Translations under genes and position numbers: made by a program
DNA from: an uncultured virus (IMG/VR IMGVR_UViG_3300024239_000112)
Lineage: Duplodnaviria > Heunggongvirae > Uroviricota > Caudoviricetes
DNA: 64,000 bases
Virus record (IMG/VR): IMGVR_UViG_3300024239_000112
Strand: one strand, 5' to 3'
In this document: piece after piece, positions 35,532 to 44,478 of the stretch
Numbering within the stretch: position 1 is the stretch's first letter
Layout: every line of letters starts with the position of its first letter
The notes under the pieces: generated by a model
Told to the model about the DNA's origin: nothing
Databases searched by the model: none
Seen by the model: only the letters and a program-made list of their open reading frames with translations

Positions 35532-35560
35532 ATTCTACTGAGGAGGGAGGGGCTTTTCCA
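35532..35560 (-). promoter_or_regulatory. Sigma70 promoter reading into lepA' and int
   Basis: Minus-strand TGGAAA-17-TAGAAT. Confidence 0.6.
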
Positions 35561-35587
35561 TTCGTAATAATTTGATTACTATGTAGA

Positions 35588-35601
35588 CCTGTATTTACAG
35601 C
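35588..35601. promoter_or_regulatory. Operator upstream of arsR
   Basis: CCTGTATTTACAGC. Confidence 0.7.
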
Positions 35602-35639
35602 AATACAAGTTCCCAGAAACACAGACGTAAGGGCCACGA

Positions 35640-35903
35640 ATGCAATCCGCAGAACTTCTCAGCAGCCTGGGCAATCCGGTCAGACTCCAGATCGTGGAGA
35701 CACTGAGCGAGGCAGGCGAACTGTGCGTCAATGACGTCACCGAAAGACTCGGCGGCATGCAGTCGAACATCTCCCATCACCTGCGCATCCTGCTCAACGC
35801 CGGCGCTGTGGAGATGAACAAGGTACAGACGAAGCGTGTCTATAAAGTGAAGGACAAGGTCGTCAAGCTGGTAAGTATGGCCAAAGAGGTGGCCGATACT
35901 TGA
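35640..35903 (+). CDS. ArsR/SmtB-family winged-helix regulator
   Basis: LGNPVRLQIV..L...ELCVND......QSNISHHLRIL.NAG.V. Confidence 0.9.
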   Translation: MQSAELLSSLGNPVRLQIVETLSEAGELCVNDVTERLGGMQSNISHHLRILLNAGAVEMNKVQTKRVYKVKDKVVKLVSMAKEVADT

Positions 35904-35938
35904 CTAAGGGCGGGCGCTGAAGCACGCTGAAAGGCAGC

Positions 35939-35974
35939 AAAAAAGAAGCCCCGCACTAGCGGGGCTTTTAATTT
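35939..35974 (+). terminator. Intrinsic (possibly bidirectional) terminator after arsR
   Basis: A-tract, AAGCCCCGC-ACTA-GCGGGGCTT, then TTAATTT. Confidence 0.8.
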
Positions 35975-36028
35975 GGAAATCACGGCCCGACTCTACCCGC
36001 CGTGCCGCTGCCCAGTCAAGGAACGCCA

Positions 36029-36670
36029 ATGATCTTCCACATGGTCGCCCTGTCCCTCCCGGTAGAGGGTTACTACCTCCCCCTACACAAGCACGAGTCA
36101 GCCCACCTTTGTAAGTGGACTGCGCAGGACAGAGAGGACTTCACGAGAATCGTCAGCCAGATCGAAACCCTGTACGAAGTAGGCCCAGGAAAGGCAGTAG
36201 TAAATAGGGAAGACCTTGAGGCCCTCTATGACGAGACGCTGACCCCGCAGGAAGCCTCCAGACGGGTGCTCCCTTATTACATAACCTGCAGCTCCTCGAA
36301 CAAGAAGAGGATCAGGTTCCCCCACCGCACCAGAAACGACGTCACCATTGTTGGGCCCGCTGCCACCCCTGAAGAAGAGAACGGGCTACGACTTGCAGTA
36401 ATCGGCAAAGGGTGCGCAAAGCTAAGCCTACTCCCGTGGGTACTCGACGAGGTGTCACGCCTCAGCGGCACTTTGTACACAGAAGAGATCGCACAGACCT
36501 TGGAAGGCAGGTCTGATCGGAACCTTGTAGAGGTAGTCGCAAACTCCAGGCAGCCCGTCACAGCAGAAGGGTTTGCCAAGATCGTAGCAGTGCCGGCTGA
36601 AGCCCAAGTCAGGCTGTCCCGCACCCATCGAGGGGAGTTCATATCGGAGATCCCAAGGGTTTGGGCATAA
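36029..36670 (+). CDS. Hypothetical protein (atypical codon usage)
   Basis: AAGGA SD; about 213 aa. Confidence 0.6.
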   Translation: MIFHMVALSLPVEGYYLPLHKHESAHLCKWTAQDREDFTRIVSQIETLYEVGPGKAVVNREDLEALYDETLTPQEASRRVLPYYITCSSSNKKRIRFPHRTRNDVTIVGPAATPEEENGLRLAVIGKGCAKLSLLPWVLDEVSRLSGTLYTEEIAQTLEGRSDRNLVEVVANSRQPVTAEGFAKIVAVPAEAQVRLSRTHRGEFISEIPRVWA

Positions 36671-36760
36671 CCGTCAATACAGAGATATTTAGATATGTAT
36701 TGACGTGTCTATTTGCGTTAATTAGTGTGTACACATCGTAGACACACTAACGACCGGAGT

Positions 36761-36970
36761 ATGCCCATGTCCGCTACCACCCTCGGCGGCGTAGTTCGCG
36801 CCTCTGACCTGCTGAACACCCAGGTGAAAAAATTCACTATGGATATGCCGGCAGAGATGCACTATCAGCTCAAGCAAATCGCCGCAGCCCACCGCACCAC
36901 GGTGCGCGAGCTGGTGATAGAAGCCATCAACAATTACACCGTCCCCATGTACAACAAAGAGGTCAAATAA
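36761..36970 (+). CDS. Ribbon-helix-helix DNA-binding protein
   Basis: KKFTMDMPAEMHYQLKQIAA...TTVRELVIEAI. Confidence 0.75.
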   Translation: MPMSATTLGGVVRASDLLNTQVKKFTMDMPAEMHYQLKQIAAAHRTTVRELVIEAINNYTVPMYNKEVK

Positions 36971-37285
36971 TTGAACCAAAACCTGGCTCGACTCCGCGTG
37001 ATGTCCGCTGAAAGCGGTGATCTAGGGTCGGCCGCTGCGCGAGATGCGTCAATTCAGACGTTTCTGAATGAGCTGGGCAACGTCGTCTGCGAACAGGTTA
37101 TAGACCTGCTGCCAGACAGTAAGCTCCGATCGCTGTACGTCAGCTGGACTAAGCAGCTGGGGTTGGACGAGCTGAGCCGACGGACCTGGATCGCAGAAGG
37201 CGTCATTATCTCCCCTGCCGCAGCAGGCCGCGTCATCAACCCACCCACCTCTGAGAATGTATTCAAACTGCATGCGCGACATTGA
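36971..37285 (+). CDS. Hypothetical protein
   Basis: TTG start after GAGG. Confidence 0.5.
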   Translation: MNQNLARLRVMSAESGDLGSAAARDASIQTFLNELGNVVCEQVIDLLPDSKLRSLYVSWTKQLGLDELSRRTWIAEGVIISPAAAGRVINPPTSENVFKLHARH

Positions 37286-37610
37286 CAGCAAGGTCTACCA
37301 GTACACCCTGGAGTTCAGCCGCACCGTAGCTGCTGAAGTGGACCCTGCCGCCCTACAGGACAGCATCGAGCGTCACCTGGAATCTGCCCGCAAGGTGGTC
37401 ACCAATGACACGCTGGAGCGAATTGGGCATGTACACATCGCAGTAATGATCAACACCGCAGCCAGGTACAACCTGTCCCTCGGCGAGGTGATGATGGAAG
37501 CAGTCCGCCACGGCGTTCAGCCCGTAGCCCCTCTTTGCGTAGCGGTCGAAACCGCCAAGTCCAGCAGCCGCCGGACAACCCGCAAACCCCAGCTCAAACT
37601 CGTCAAGTAA
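37272..37610 (+). CDS. Hypothetical protein
   Basis: 112 aa; ends KPQLKLVK. Confidence 0.6.
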   Translation: MRDIDSKVYQYTLEFSRTVAAEVDPAALQDSIERHLESARKVVTNDTLERIGHVHIAVMINTAARYNLSLGEVMMEAVRHGVQPVAPLCVAVETAKSSSRRTTRKPQLKLVK

Positions 37611-37626
37611 GCCCAAGTCGTAGCGA

Positions 37627-37656
37627 TTGACTGCCCTCCTCCGGAGTCGGTAGGAT
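37627..37656 (+). promoter_or_regulatory. Sigma70 promoter of the replication operon
   Basis: TTGACT-18-TAGGAT followed by an operator pair at 37669 and 37693. Confidence 0.65.
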
Positions 37657-37668
37657 CGCCGCTTGCCT

Positions 37669-37706
37669 TATGTAAATACAGCAACCTATAAAACCATAAA
37701 TACAGG
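37669..37706. promoter_or_regulatory. Operator pair upstream of the replication operon
   Basis: TATGTAAATACAGC at 37669 and ACCATAAATACAGG at 37693; 24-bp period. Confidence 0.7.
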
Positions 37707-37717
37707 AAATCACACCC

Positions 37718-39025
37718 ATGAAACTGAATCCTGGTCAGGAAGCTGCGGTTGAGTCCGTAGTTACGGGCTTCTTAGAGAAGAACATGAAGGGCGCCACGGT
37801 CATCGGCGAAGGTGGTACAGGCAAGACCACCTGCGTGATGACGATGGCGGACAGACTGAAAGCCGCTGGCCTGAAGGTGCTGTTCACCGCCCCTACCAAC
37901 AAGGCAGTCAAGCAGCTGGAGAAGTCCGCCAAGGCGTACGGACTGAACCTGAATGACGTTGCCTTCCAGACCCTGCATAGCGCCCTCGGCCTGACCATGA
38001 TGCCGAGCGAAGAGAACAAGTACGCCGCCCGCTGCGGCAAGGGCGTCTTCAGCCTTTTCGACGTTGTGGTCGTCGACGAAGTGTCGATGCTCAGCCGCCG
38101 AGTCCTGTTCGATTACCTGCTGCCGGAGTGCGAGAAGGAAGACGTCAAGCTGCTCTTCATGGGCGATGACATGCAGCTGCCGCCGGTGAAGGAGAAAGTC
38201 TCCCAAGCATTCGAGATCTTCGAGACATTCCGACTCACCAAGGTAGAGCGGCAGTCAGGAGACAGCGAGATCCTCAGCGTCAACGGCCTACTCCGCACCG
38301 CGATGTCAGCTGGAAAGACCTTCGTCTCCCCGGCCATCCAGGGAAACGGCGTAGAGGTCGTCAAGGCGGTCGACTTCCTCAAGACAGTGGTTTCCGCCTT
38401 CGACGAGCACACAGACCTCGACGAGCAGCGTGTGCTGGCGTGGCGCAACCGCCGAGTTGACGAGATCAACACCGCTATCCGCTCGAAGATATACGGCCCA
38501 AGCGCTGAGCGTTTCGAGGTGGGCGAGCGTGTGGTCACCGGCGCACCGATCGGTGACGGTGAAAGCATTCTCCTCAGCACTGACGAGGAGTGCCTGATCC
38601 ACGACGTGCGACTCGGCCAGATTGAGGACGAGGACAGCGCCGAGAACTTCAAGGTTTACACCCTGGTGCTCACGCCACTGCATGCCGACGTGCAGCAGGT
38701 GTTCGCCCACGTCCTCCATGAAGACGAGGAAGAACGCTACTGGGCACGACTGGAATACCTGGCCGCCCGCGCCAAGAAGGACAGCCGTGACGCCCGCAGA
38801 TACTGGGCCCGGTACCACAATTTCAAGGAGCTGTTCGCAACCATCCGCTACTGCTACTGCATCACGGTGCACCGCAGTCAGGGCAGTACGTTCCGCCGCG
38901 TCTTCGTTGACGTGAAGGACATCCTCTGCAACCCGATCCGCACCGAGCGCCAGAGCCTGCTCTACGTGGCCTACAGCCGGCCGAGCCAGGAGCTGCTGAT
39001 CAACAAAGAGAAGTACGTGGCATGA
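37718..39025 (+). CDS. SF1B DNA helicase (Dda/RecD-like)
   Basis: GEGGTGKT, APTNKA, VVDEVSM, GDDMQLPPV, ERQ, TVHRSQGST, YVAYSR. Confidence 0.92.
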   Translation: MKLNPGQEAAVESVVTGFLEKNMKGATVIGEGGTGKTTCVMTMADRLKAAGLKVLFTAPTNKAVKQLEKSAKAYGLNLNDVAFQTLHSALGLTMMPSEENKYAARCGKGVFSLFDVVVVDEVSMLSRRVLFDYLLPECEKEDVKLLFMGDDMQLPPVKEKVSQAFEIFETFRLTKVERQSGDSEILSVNGLLRTAMSAGKTFVSPAIQGNGVEVVKAVDFLKTVVSAFDEHTDLDEQRVLAWRNRRVDEINTAIRSKIYGPSAERFEVGERVVTGAPIGDGESILLSTDEECLIHDVRLGQIEDEDSAENFKVYTLVLTPLHADVQQVFAHVLHEDEEERYWARLEYLAARAKKDSRDARRYWARYHNFKELFATIRYCYCITVHRSQGSTFRRVFVDVKDILCNPIRTERQSLLYVAYSRPSQELLINKEKYVA

Positions 39026-39327
39026 GACCCCTGGCCGAGATCATTGAAGCGGCCCAGGCCGGGGAGTCGCCAGAGTACGACGAGCTGTTCTACGCGGTCA
39101 GCGCTCTGCAGCACCTGGTCACCTTCGATGGGGCTGACCTGGTCGGCCTCGCAGAGCGCGGTAGCCCCGAGGTAACCAAGATGCTGGAAGAGCACTGCAA
39201 GCGAGTTCGTGGCGCATTCAGCCGCCCGCCGATCCTCTGGATCGGCCCGAACGACGATCCGCGAAACCCCGAGTTCCAAGAAAGGCGGCTGGATCAGCTG
39301 GTCGCCAGAAGAAGAATTTTGCACTGA
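39022..39327 (+). CDS. Hypothetical protein
   Basis: ATGA coupling. Confidence 0.65.
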   Translation: MRPLAEIIEAAQAGESPEYDELFYAVSALQHLVTFDGADLVGLAERGSPEVTKMLEEHCKRVRGAFSRPPILWIGPNDDPRNPEFQERRLDQLVARRRILH

Positions 39328-39340
39328 GCCGGAGCCGATC

Positions 39341-39589
39341 ATGGAAATTTTGGACGCCAAAGACACCCAGGTGCCTGCACCCCATCAGCGCATCGACTAC
39401 CGAGCGCTGGCTGAGCTGTACAACAAGATGGCGGTAGGTCAGACCCTGAAGCGCCCCCCGGTCTACAACATCACAGTGTTCCGCCGCAATCTGCAGCGCC
39501 GAGTAGCCGAGGGCGGTTTCTCAGTGTTCCAACGCAGCGGCCACTGCTTCATCAAGCGCCTCACCACTGCCGAAATGGAAGTGGTGTAA
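39341..39589 (+). CDS. Small DNA-binding-like hypothetical protein
   Basis: GGAG SD; start corrected. Confidence 0.55.
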   Translation: MEILDAKDTQVPAPHQRIDYRALAELYNKMAVGQTLKRPPVYNITVFRRNLQRRVAEGGFSVFQRSGHCFIKRLTTAEMEVV

Positions 39590-39595
39590 AGGGCC

Positions 39596-42457
39596 ATGTA
39601 CCACTTCCTCCAGTTCAATCCCAACAAGAAGGAAGCCTGGCGGCTTTACGACGAGAAGCAGCTCGCCGACCTGCCCCAGCCGCCAGCCTTCATTACGGTC
39701 CTGCGCGTTGACCAGGACCCAGAGAATTACGCCGAGAACGGGGAGGATCCGCTTGACCATGTGAAGTACCAGGGTCCTATGTACTTCGACTTCGACGGAG
39801 CAGACCTCGACGAGGTGCTCGACTCTGTTCGCACAGTGCTGGACACCCTGACCCGCAAGCTGGACATCAACAAGGACTACATCCACTGCTGGCTCTCCGG
39901 CCAGAAGGGTGTGCATATCACCGTCCCTGAGCAGGTGTTCGGCATCAAAGGGCCGATGAAGGCGCTGCCCCTGATTTACCGTGAGGTAGCGGCCACATTC
40001 AAAGCACCTTGCCTGGACATGAGCGTCTACTCAGCCGGCCGCGGCCGGATGTGGCGCTGCGAAAACATCGCACGGCCCGGTACCGGCACCTTCAAGGTCG
40101 GCACCACGGTAGACGAGCTGATGGAGATGGACGCGGAGCAGTATGAGGTCCTCGTGGCCGCTGCCCGCCCTCCCCTGGCTCGCGCCCTGCCGCCGAAGAA
40201 CGTGATCCACGCTCGCGCTGAGTCAATCCTGAAAAGTGCCAAGGCCGCCGCCCTGCAGAAGATCAAGGCGATGAAGTCAAGCACCGTAGTTCCGAAGGAA
40301 GCCCTGCGCGAGTACGGAGAAACCCCGGGCTGCGTGCTCAAGCTGATCACCGAGGGCGACTGCGAGGCGTCCAACTGGAACCAGGCGGCCATGCAGGTGG
40401 CGGCCTACATCGCTGCCCGCTACGAGCGCAGCGAGGAAGCCGAGTACACCGCAGACGTGATCGACCCGTTCATCGAGAACGTCGATAGCAGCAGCCGTCC
40501 GAGTGCCAAGGAGCGCCGCAAGCACGTGCAGGAGCAACTCAACCGGGCCTTCAGTGGCCGGCTGAAGCTGCTGCCTGGGCCACTGATCGCCACGATCGGC
40601 ACGCCATGCGGCGCCTGCCCTATCTGCCGCAGTGACCTTGCAGAGAATCCGGCTGACGAGGAAGCCAAGGGAGATGCCTACGACGCTGACATGCGTATCA
40701 GGGCAGCTGACCAGGGCTACCTGCACATCACTGACACCGGTGTCCGTCAGCTCACCAGCTTCACCTTCTGGCCACACACCGAGATCCACGACCTGGAGGA
40801 CGTGTCCACAGGTGAGCACTCTGTGTACCGGGAGTCAGCGCGTAAGGCCATGGTCGGCACCCTTATCGATGACGAGGGTGTCGAGTTCAAGGACCTGCAC
40901 GTTGACGAAAGCGCCTGGAAGTCCCGCCGCGAACTGATGAACTCATTCGCCGGCTACGGCACCGCAGTGGTGCTGTGCTCAGACGCTGACACCCAGCGCC
41001 TACTCAAGGCTGTACGGCAGATTGCCCGCAACAAGGCCCCTGACAAGGAACTCGAGAAAATGGTCCGCACCAACCTCTGCGGGATGCTGTTCGACCGGCA
41101 GAAGGGAAAGATCATCCCCCACTACGTCGAGGACGCTGGAGCCTGCTCCAGTAACGGCACCCACAGCAAATACTTCTACTCGGGCGACCCCAAGCAGTCC
41201 CCGAAACTTCTGGAAGAGTCTTACCCCTTCGTCAATGACACAGAGCTGGAGGAAGCGATCCGCAACCTCTGCTACGTCAATCTGCCGGAGAGCGTCGGGG
41301 CGATCCTGGGGTGGCACGTAGCCTGCCACTTCCGCGAGCACATCCAGATCAACGAGGCACAGTTCCCGCTGCTGAATATCAGCGGCAACGCCCAGGCAGG
41401 CAAGACCTCCCTGGCGATCCTGACCAGCTTCATCAACGGGATGGACTACGAGCGTTCGGACTTCCTGAACGTAGAAGTTTCCACGGTTTTCCCTCTGATC
41501 AAGTTCGTGTCGAGCAGCAGCACTGTGCCCCGTCTGGTCGAAGAAGTGAACCCGGCCAACATGGCTGCCGGTATGTACAGCAAGGTCCTCGGCGTCTTCA
41601 AGGCCGCCTGGAACCGAGCCCCTGTGCCCCGCGGCAAGATCCTCGACAAAGAGGTCAAGGTGTCCAACGAGCGGGTCAGCTCGCCGATCGTCTACACCAG
41701 CGAGCAGACGGCCACTGTGCCTTCCCTGCGCAGCCGGACAGTAGAGGTCAAGCTGACCGCCCGCGCCCTGAATGACCCCAAGTACCGGGAGCACTACAAG
41801 GAGGCCCGCTCTCGCCGATTCGCCCTCCTGCGCATGGCCAAGGCACTGGTTACGAAGGCCCTCAGCACCAGTCCGACGCAGGTGCAGAAGATCTTCGAGG
41901 AGATGAAGCAGTACGTGCCAGACCGCCTTGGCCCGCGTCCGCAGTGGAGCTATCAGGTGACCATGACCGGCCTGCACCTGCTGGCTGAGACCATGGACGA
42001 CTACCAGGTGAAGGGCCGGGAGCATGTGGACGGCCTGCTGGAAGCCCTCAAGGCCCACCTGGTGGACAACGCGAGCGAGATGGAGAAGGAGAAGTCAGTC
42101 TCCGAGGTCGACCGCGTGCTGGCCACCATGAACCTGCTGGCCGAAGAGCCTGATGACCGCACCACCGGGCTCCGCGCCGGCGACCACTACTGGCGTCAGG
42201 GCAACAACCTGTTCCTGGTTATCGCCTCCTGCCTGCCCCGCTACTGCCGCTACGCCAAGGCCCTCGGCGACGTGCCGGTGATCAAGGAAGCGCGGCAGAT
42301 GACCAGCCTGCTGGAGGGCGAGATGTACTTCGACCGCAAGGAGGCGCACCCGACACGGGAAGGCGTCGAGGTCCACGTCATCAACATCGAAACCCTGAGA
42401 GCCAAAGGCACCCCTCTCACCAACTTCCAGGACGGCACAGAGCCGTCGGAGAACTGA
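39596..42457 (+). CDS. AEP primase-helicase fusion
   Basis: AEP motifs YFDFD, SGQKGVH, D.SVY; Cys cluster CGACPIC; Walker A GNAQAGKT. Confidence 0.85.
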   Translation: MYHFLQFNPNKKEAWRLYDEKQLADLPQPPAFITVLRVDQDPENYAENGEDPLDHVKYQGPMYFDFDGADLDEVLDSVRTVLDTLTRKLDINKDYIHCWLSGQKGVHITVPEQVFGIKGPMKALPLIYREVAATFKAPCLDMSVYSAGRGRMWRCENIARPGTGTFKVGTTVDELMEMDAEQYEVLVAAARPPLARALPPKNVIHARAESILKSAKAAALQKIKAMKSSTVVPKEALREYGETPGCVLKLITEGDCEASNWNQAAMQVAAYIAARYERSEEAEYTADVIDPFIENVDSSSRPSAKERRKHVQEQLNRAFSGRLKLLPGPLIATIGTPCGACPICRSDLAENPADEEAKGDAYDADMRIRAADQGYLHITDTGVRQLTSFTFWPHTEIHDLEDVSTGEHSVYRESARKAMVGTLIDDEGVEFKDLHVDESAWKSRRELMNSFAGYGTAVVLCSDADTQRLLKAVRQIARNKAPDKELEKMVRTNLCGMLFDRQKGKIIPHYVEDAGACSSNGTHSKYFYSGDPKQSPKLLEESYPFVNDTELEEAIRNLCYVNLPESVGAILGWHVACHFREHIQINEAQFPLLNISGNAQAGKTSLAILTSFINGMDYERSDFLNVEVSTVFPLIKFVSSSSTVPRLVEEVNPANMAAGMYSKVLGVFKAAWNRAPVPRGKILDKEVKVSNERVSSPIVYTSEQTATVPSLRSRTVEVKLTARALNDPKYREHYKEARSRRFALLRMAKALVTKALSTSPTQVQKIFEEMKQYVPDRLGPRPQWSYQVTMTGLHLLAETMDDYQVKGREHVDGLLEALKAHLVDNASEMEKEKSVSEVDRVLATMNLLAEEPDDRTTGLRAGDHYWRQGNNLFLVIASCLPRYCRYAKALGDVPVIKEARQMTSLLEGEMYFDRKEAHPTREGVEVHVINIETLRAKGTPLTNFQDGTEPSEN

Positions 42458-42458
42458 C

Positions 42459-42722
42459 ATGCAGATCACAGCCCACGAAGACAGAGTTCACCACGCTGAC
42501 CCGGTAGACCGGGCCTCCCACGAGGAGCAGCTCGCCCTGGACGCCGCCATCAAGACGGCGCTGAACAAGCGGGAGCCCGCCCTGAAAGCGGTGGGCACCT
42601 GCTACAACTGCGGCGAAGTGTTCGGCGACGACGAGCAGTCTCTGCGCTTCTGCGACGAGGACTGCCGCGACGACTACGAGCATCGAATGACTCGCCGCCG
42701 GGTAAACGGAACCCTCCAATGA
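42459..42722 (+). CDS. C4 Zn-finger protein, DksA/TraR-like
   Basis: ADPVDRAS..E; CYNC...FCDEDC. Confidence 0.55.
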   Translation: MQITAHEDRVHHADPVDRASHEEQLALDAAIKTALNKREPALKAVGTCYNCGEVFGDDEQSLRFCDEDCRDDYEHRMTRRRVNGTLQ

Positions 42723-44359
42723 ACCTGGCAGGACTGCTGTCGACAGTCGGGGTGCAGGGCGCCCCTGACTGGTTCGGCGAGGTGCCTCTGGCATTCTGGC
42801 CGATGGACCACCAGCTGGAGACCTTGCGGCAGTACCCCCGCAAGATGCGCTACCTGGACGCCTCGGACCCTGGCACAGGCAAGACCTACCCTGCCCAGGC
42901 TCACGCCATCCTGATGGCTGCGCTCGGGAACAAGGTCGTTTTCACCATGCCTCCGAAGCTGATCAGCCAGTTCATTGAGGAGATGAAGGACTTCTTCATC
43001 GGCATCGAGAAGCACCTGCGAATCGAGCACCTCGATGTGCCAGCTGCCCAGAAGCTGAAGCTGATCGACGAGTGGGACGCCACAGGCTGGCCGGACATCC
43101 TGGTCATGTCCTACGACATCTACCGGGTGTTAAACGACAAGGCGCCGAAGAAGGCTGTCGGAACCAATATGTGGTTTCTGGAGGATGGCACGCCCTACTT
43201 CAAGGGGCCTGGCGATCCGTACCGGCCTGGTGCTAAGGCGTTCACTAAGGACGGCAGGGAGATCAACAAGCGCGGCAAGGCCGACAACCGCTTCCAGTTC
43301 AAGCTGAAGAAGGTCGGCTATAACGTGCTGTTCTTCGACGAAGCCCATGCGCTGTGCGGGATTGAGTCTATCCTGGCCACCTCCGTGCACGAAATGAGCG
43401 AGCGGCTGAAGGATGACGTGGCCATCTACCTGATGACCGGCACACCCATCCCGACGCACTTGGAGGACGTGTACGGCCTGCTCCGGCTGATCAACCCGGA
43501 CGCTTACCTCAACAAGTCGGCGTTCATGCGGCAGCACTGCGAGCTGAGCAGCCAGACACTGAACACTGGCAAGAAAGAGATCACGGTGCAGAAGGTGGTT
43601 GGATACTTCAACACCGACAAGGTCCACGCTGAGCTATACAAGAACGCCCGCCGGGTGCAGAAGCGCGACGTGCTGCAGATGCCGGATCCGATCATCAGTC
43701 AGATCCGCGTCAGCCTGGCCGGAGCGCACAAGCGGCTCTACAAGAAGATCATCAACGATCGGTTCGCCGTGCTCGGCGACAACGTCCTGGCTCCGGACAA
43801 CCAGAGCGCCCTGCGGCACCTGGCCTTGCAGCTGATCAGCTGCCCGGAGGAGTTCGACCCGACAGGGAAGATTGGGCAGGACAACGAGCTGGCAGCTGCC
43901 TGCGACCAGCTGCTCGACAGCATCAACCCCGGCAACCACAAGGTGATCATCTTCGCTTACTACAAGAAGGCGATCGATTTCCTGGCCAAGCGCTACGCCC
44001 ACTGGAACCCTGCAGTGGTGTACGGCGAGTCTGCGTCAGGTCGCAACGAGGTGGATCGATTCAAGAAGGACAGCGACTGCCGAATTGCGATCATCAACTG
44101 GAAGTCAGGCGGCGCAGGTCTGAACCTGCAGGTTGCCTCACACATCGTGTTCTACGAGTGCCCGACCTCCCCAGGGGACGCCAAGCAAGCGATTGCAAGG
44201 GCCGACCGCAAGGGACAGGAAAACATCGTGAACGTCTATTTCTTCCGCGTTATGGGCACCCTGCTCGACCGGAACTTCAAGAATCTCCTCAAGAACGAGC
44301 AGAGCAACAACCGCGTCATTCGTGACCGGAAGGACCTCCTGCACGAACTGTTGAGATGA
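42719..44359 (+). CDS. SF2 SNF2-like helicase
   Basis: DPGTGKT, FDEAH, MTGTP, GGAGLNLQ, QAIARADRKGQ. Confidence 0.9.
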   Translation: MNLAGLLSTVGVQGAPDWFGEVPLAFWPMDHQLETLRQYPRKMRYLDASDPGTGKTYPAQAHAILMAALGNKVVFTMPPKLISQFIEEMKDFFIGIEKHLRIEHLDVPAAQKLKLIDEWDATGWPDILVMSYDIYRVLNDKAPKKAVGTNMWFLEDGTPYFKGPGDPYRPGAKAFTKDGREINKRGKADNRFQFKLKKVGYNVLFFDEAHALCGIESILATSVHEMSERLKDDVAIYLMTGTPIPTHLEDVYGLLRLINPDAYLNKSAFMRQHCELSSQTLNTGKKEITVQKVVGYFNTDKVHAELYKNARRVQKRDVLQMPDPIISQIRVSLAGAHKRLYKKIINDRFAVLGDNVLAPDNQSALRHLALQLISCPEEFDPTGKIGQDNELAAACDQLLDSINPGNHKVIIFAYYKKAIDFLAKRYAHWNPAVVYGESASGRNEVDRFKKDSDCRIAIINWKSGGAGLNLQVASHIVFYECPTSPGDAKQAIARADRKGQENIVNVYFFRVMGTLLDRNFKNLLKNEQSNNRVIRDRKDLLHELLR

Positions 44360-44362
44360 TCG

Positions 44363-44391
44363 TTGACAGGCCGATTTCTGGCCCGTATAAC
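44363..44391 (+). promoter_or_regulatory. Strong sigma70 promoter
   Basis: TTGACA-17-TATAAC; operator at 44405-44418. Confidence 0.8.
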
Positions 44392-44478
44392 GACAACCCT
44401 CAGAGCCATATTTATGGGCTTCTGTGTAACCATACTGACAGCGACAATCGAAACTGACATCGAAGAGGAAACACCAAA

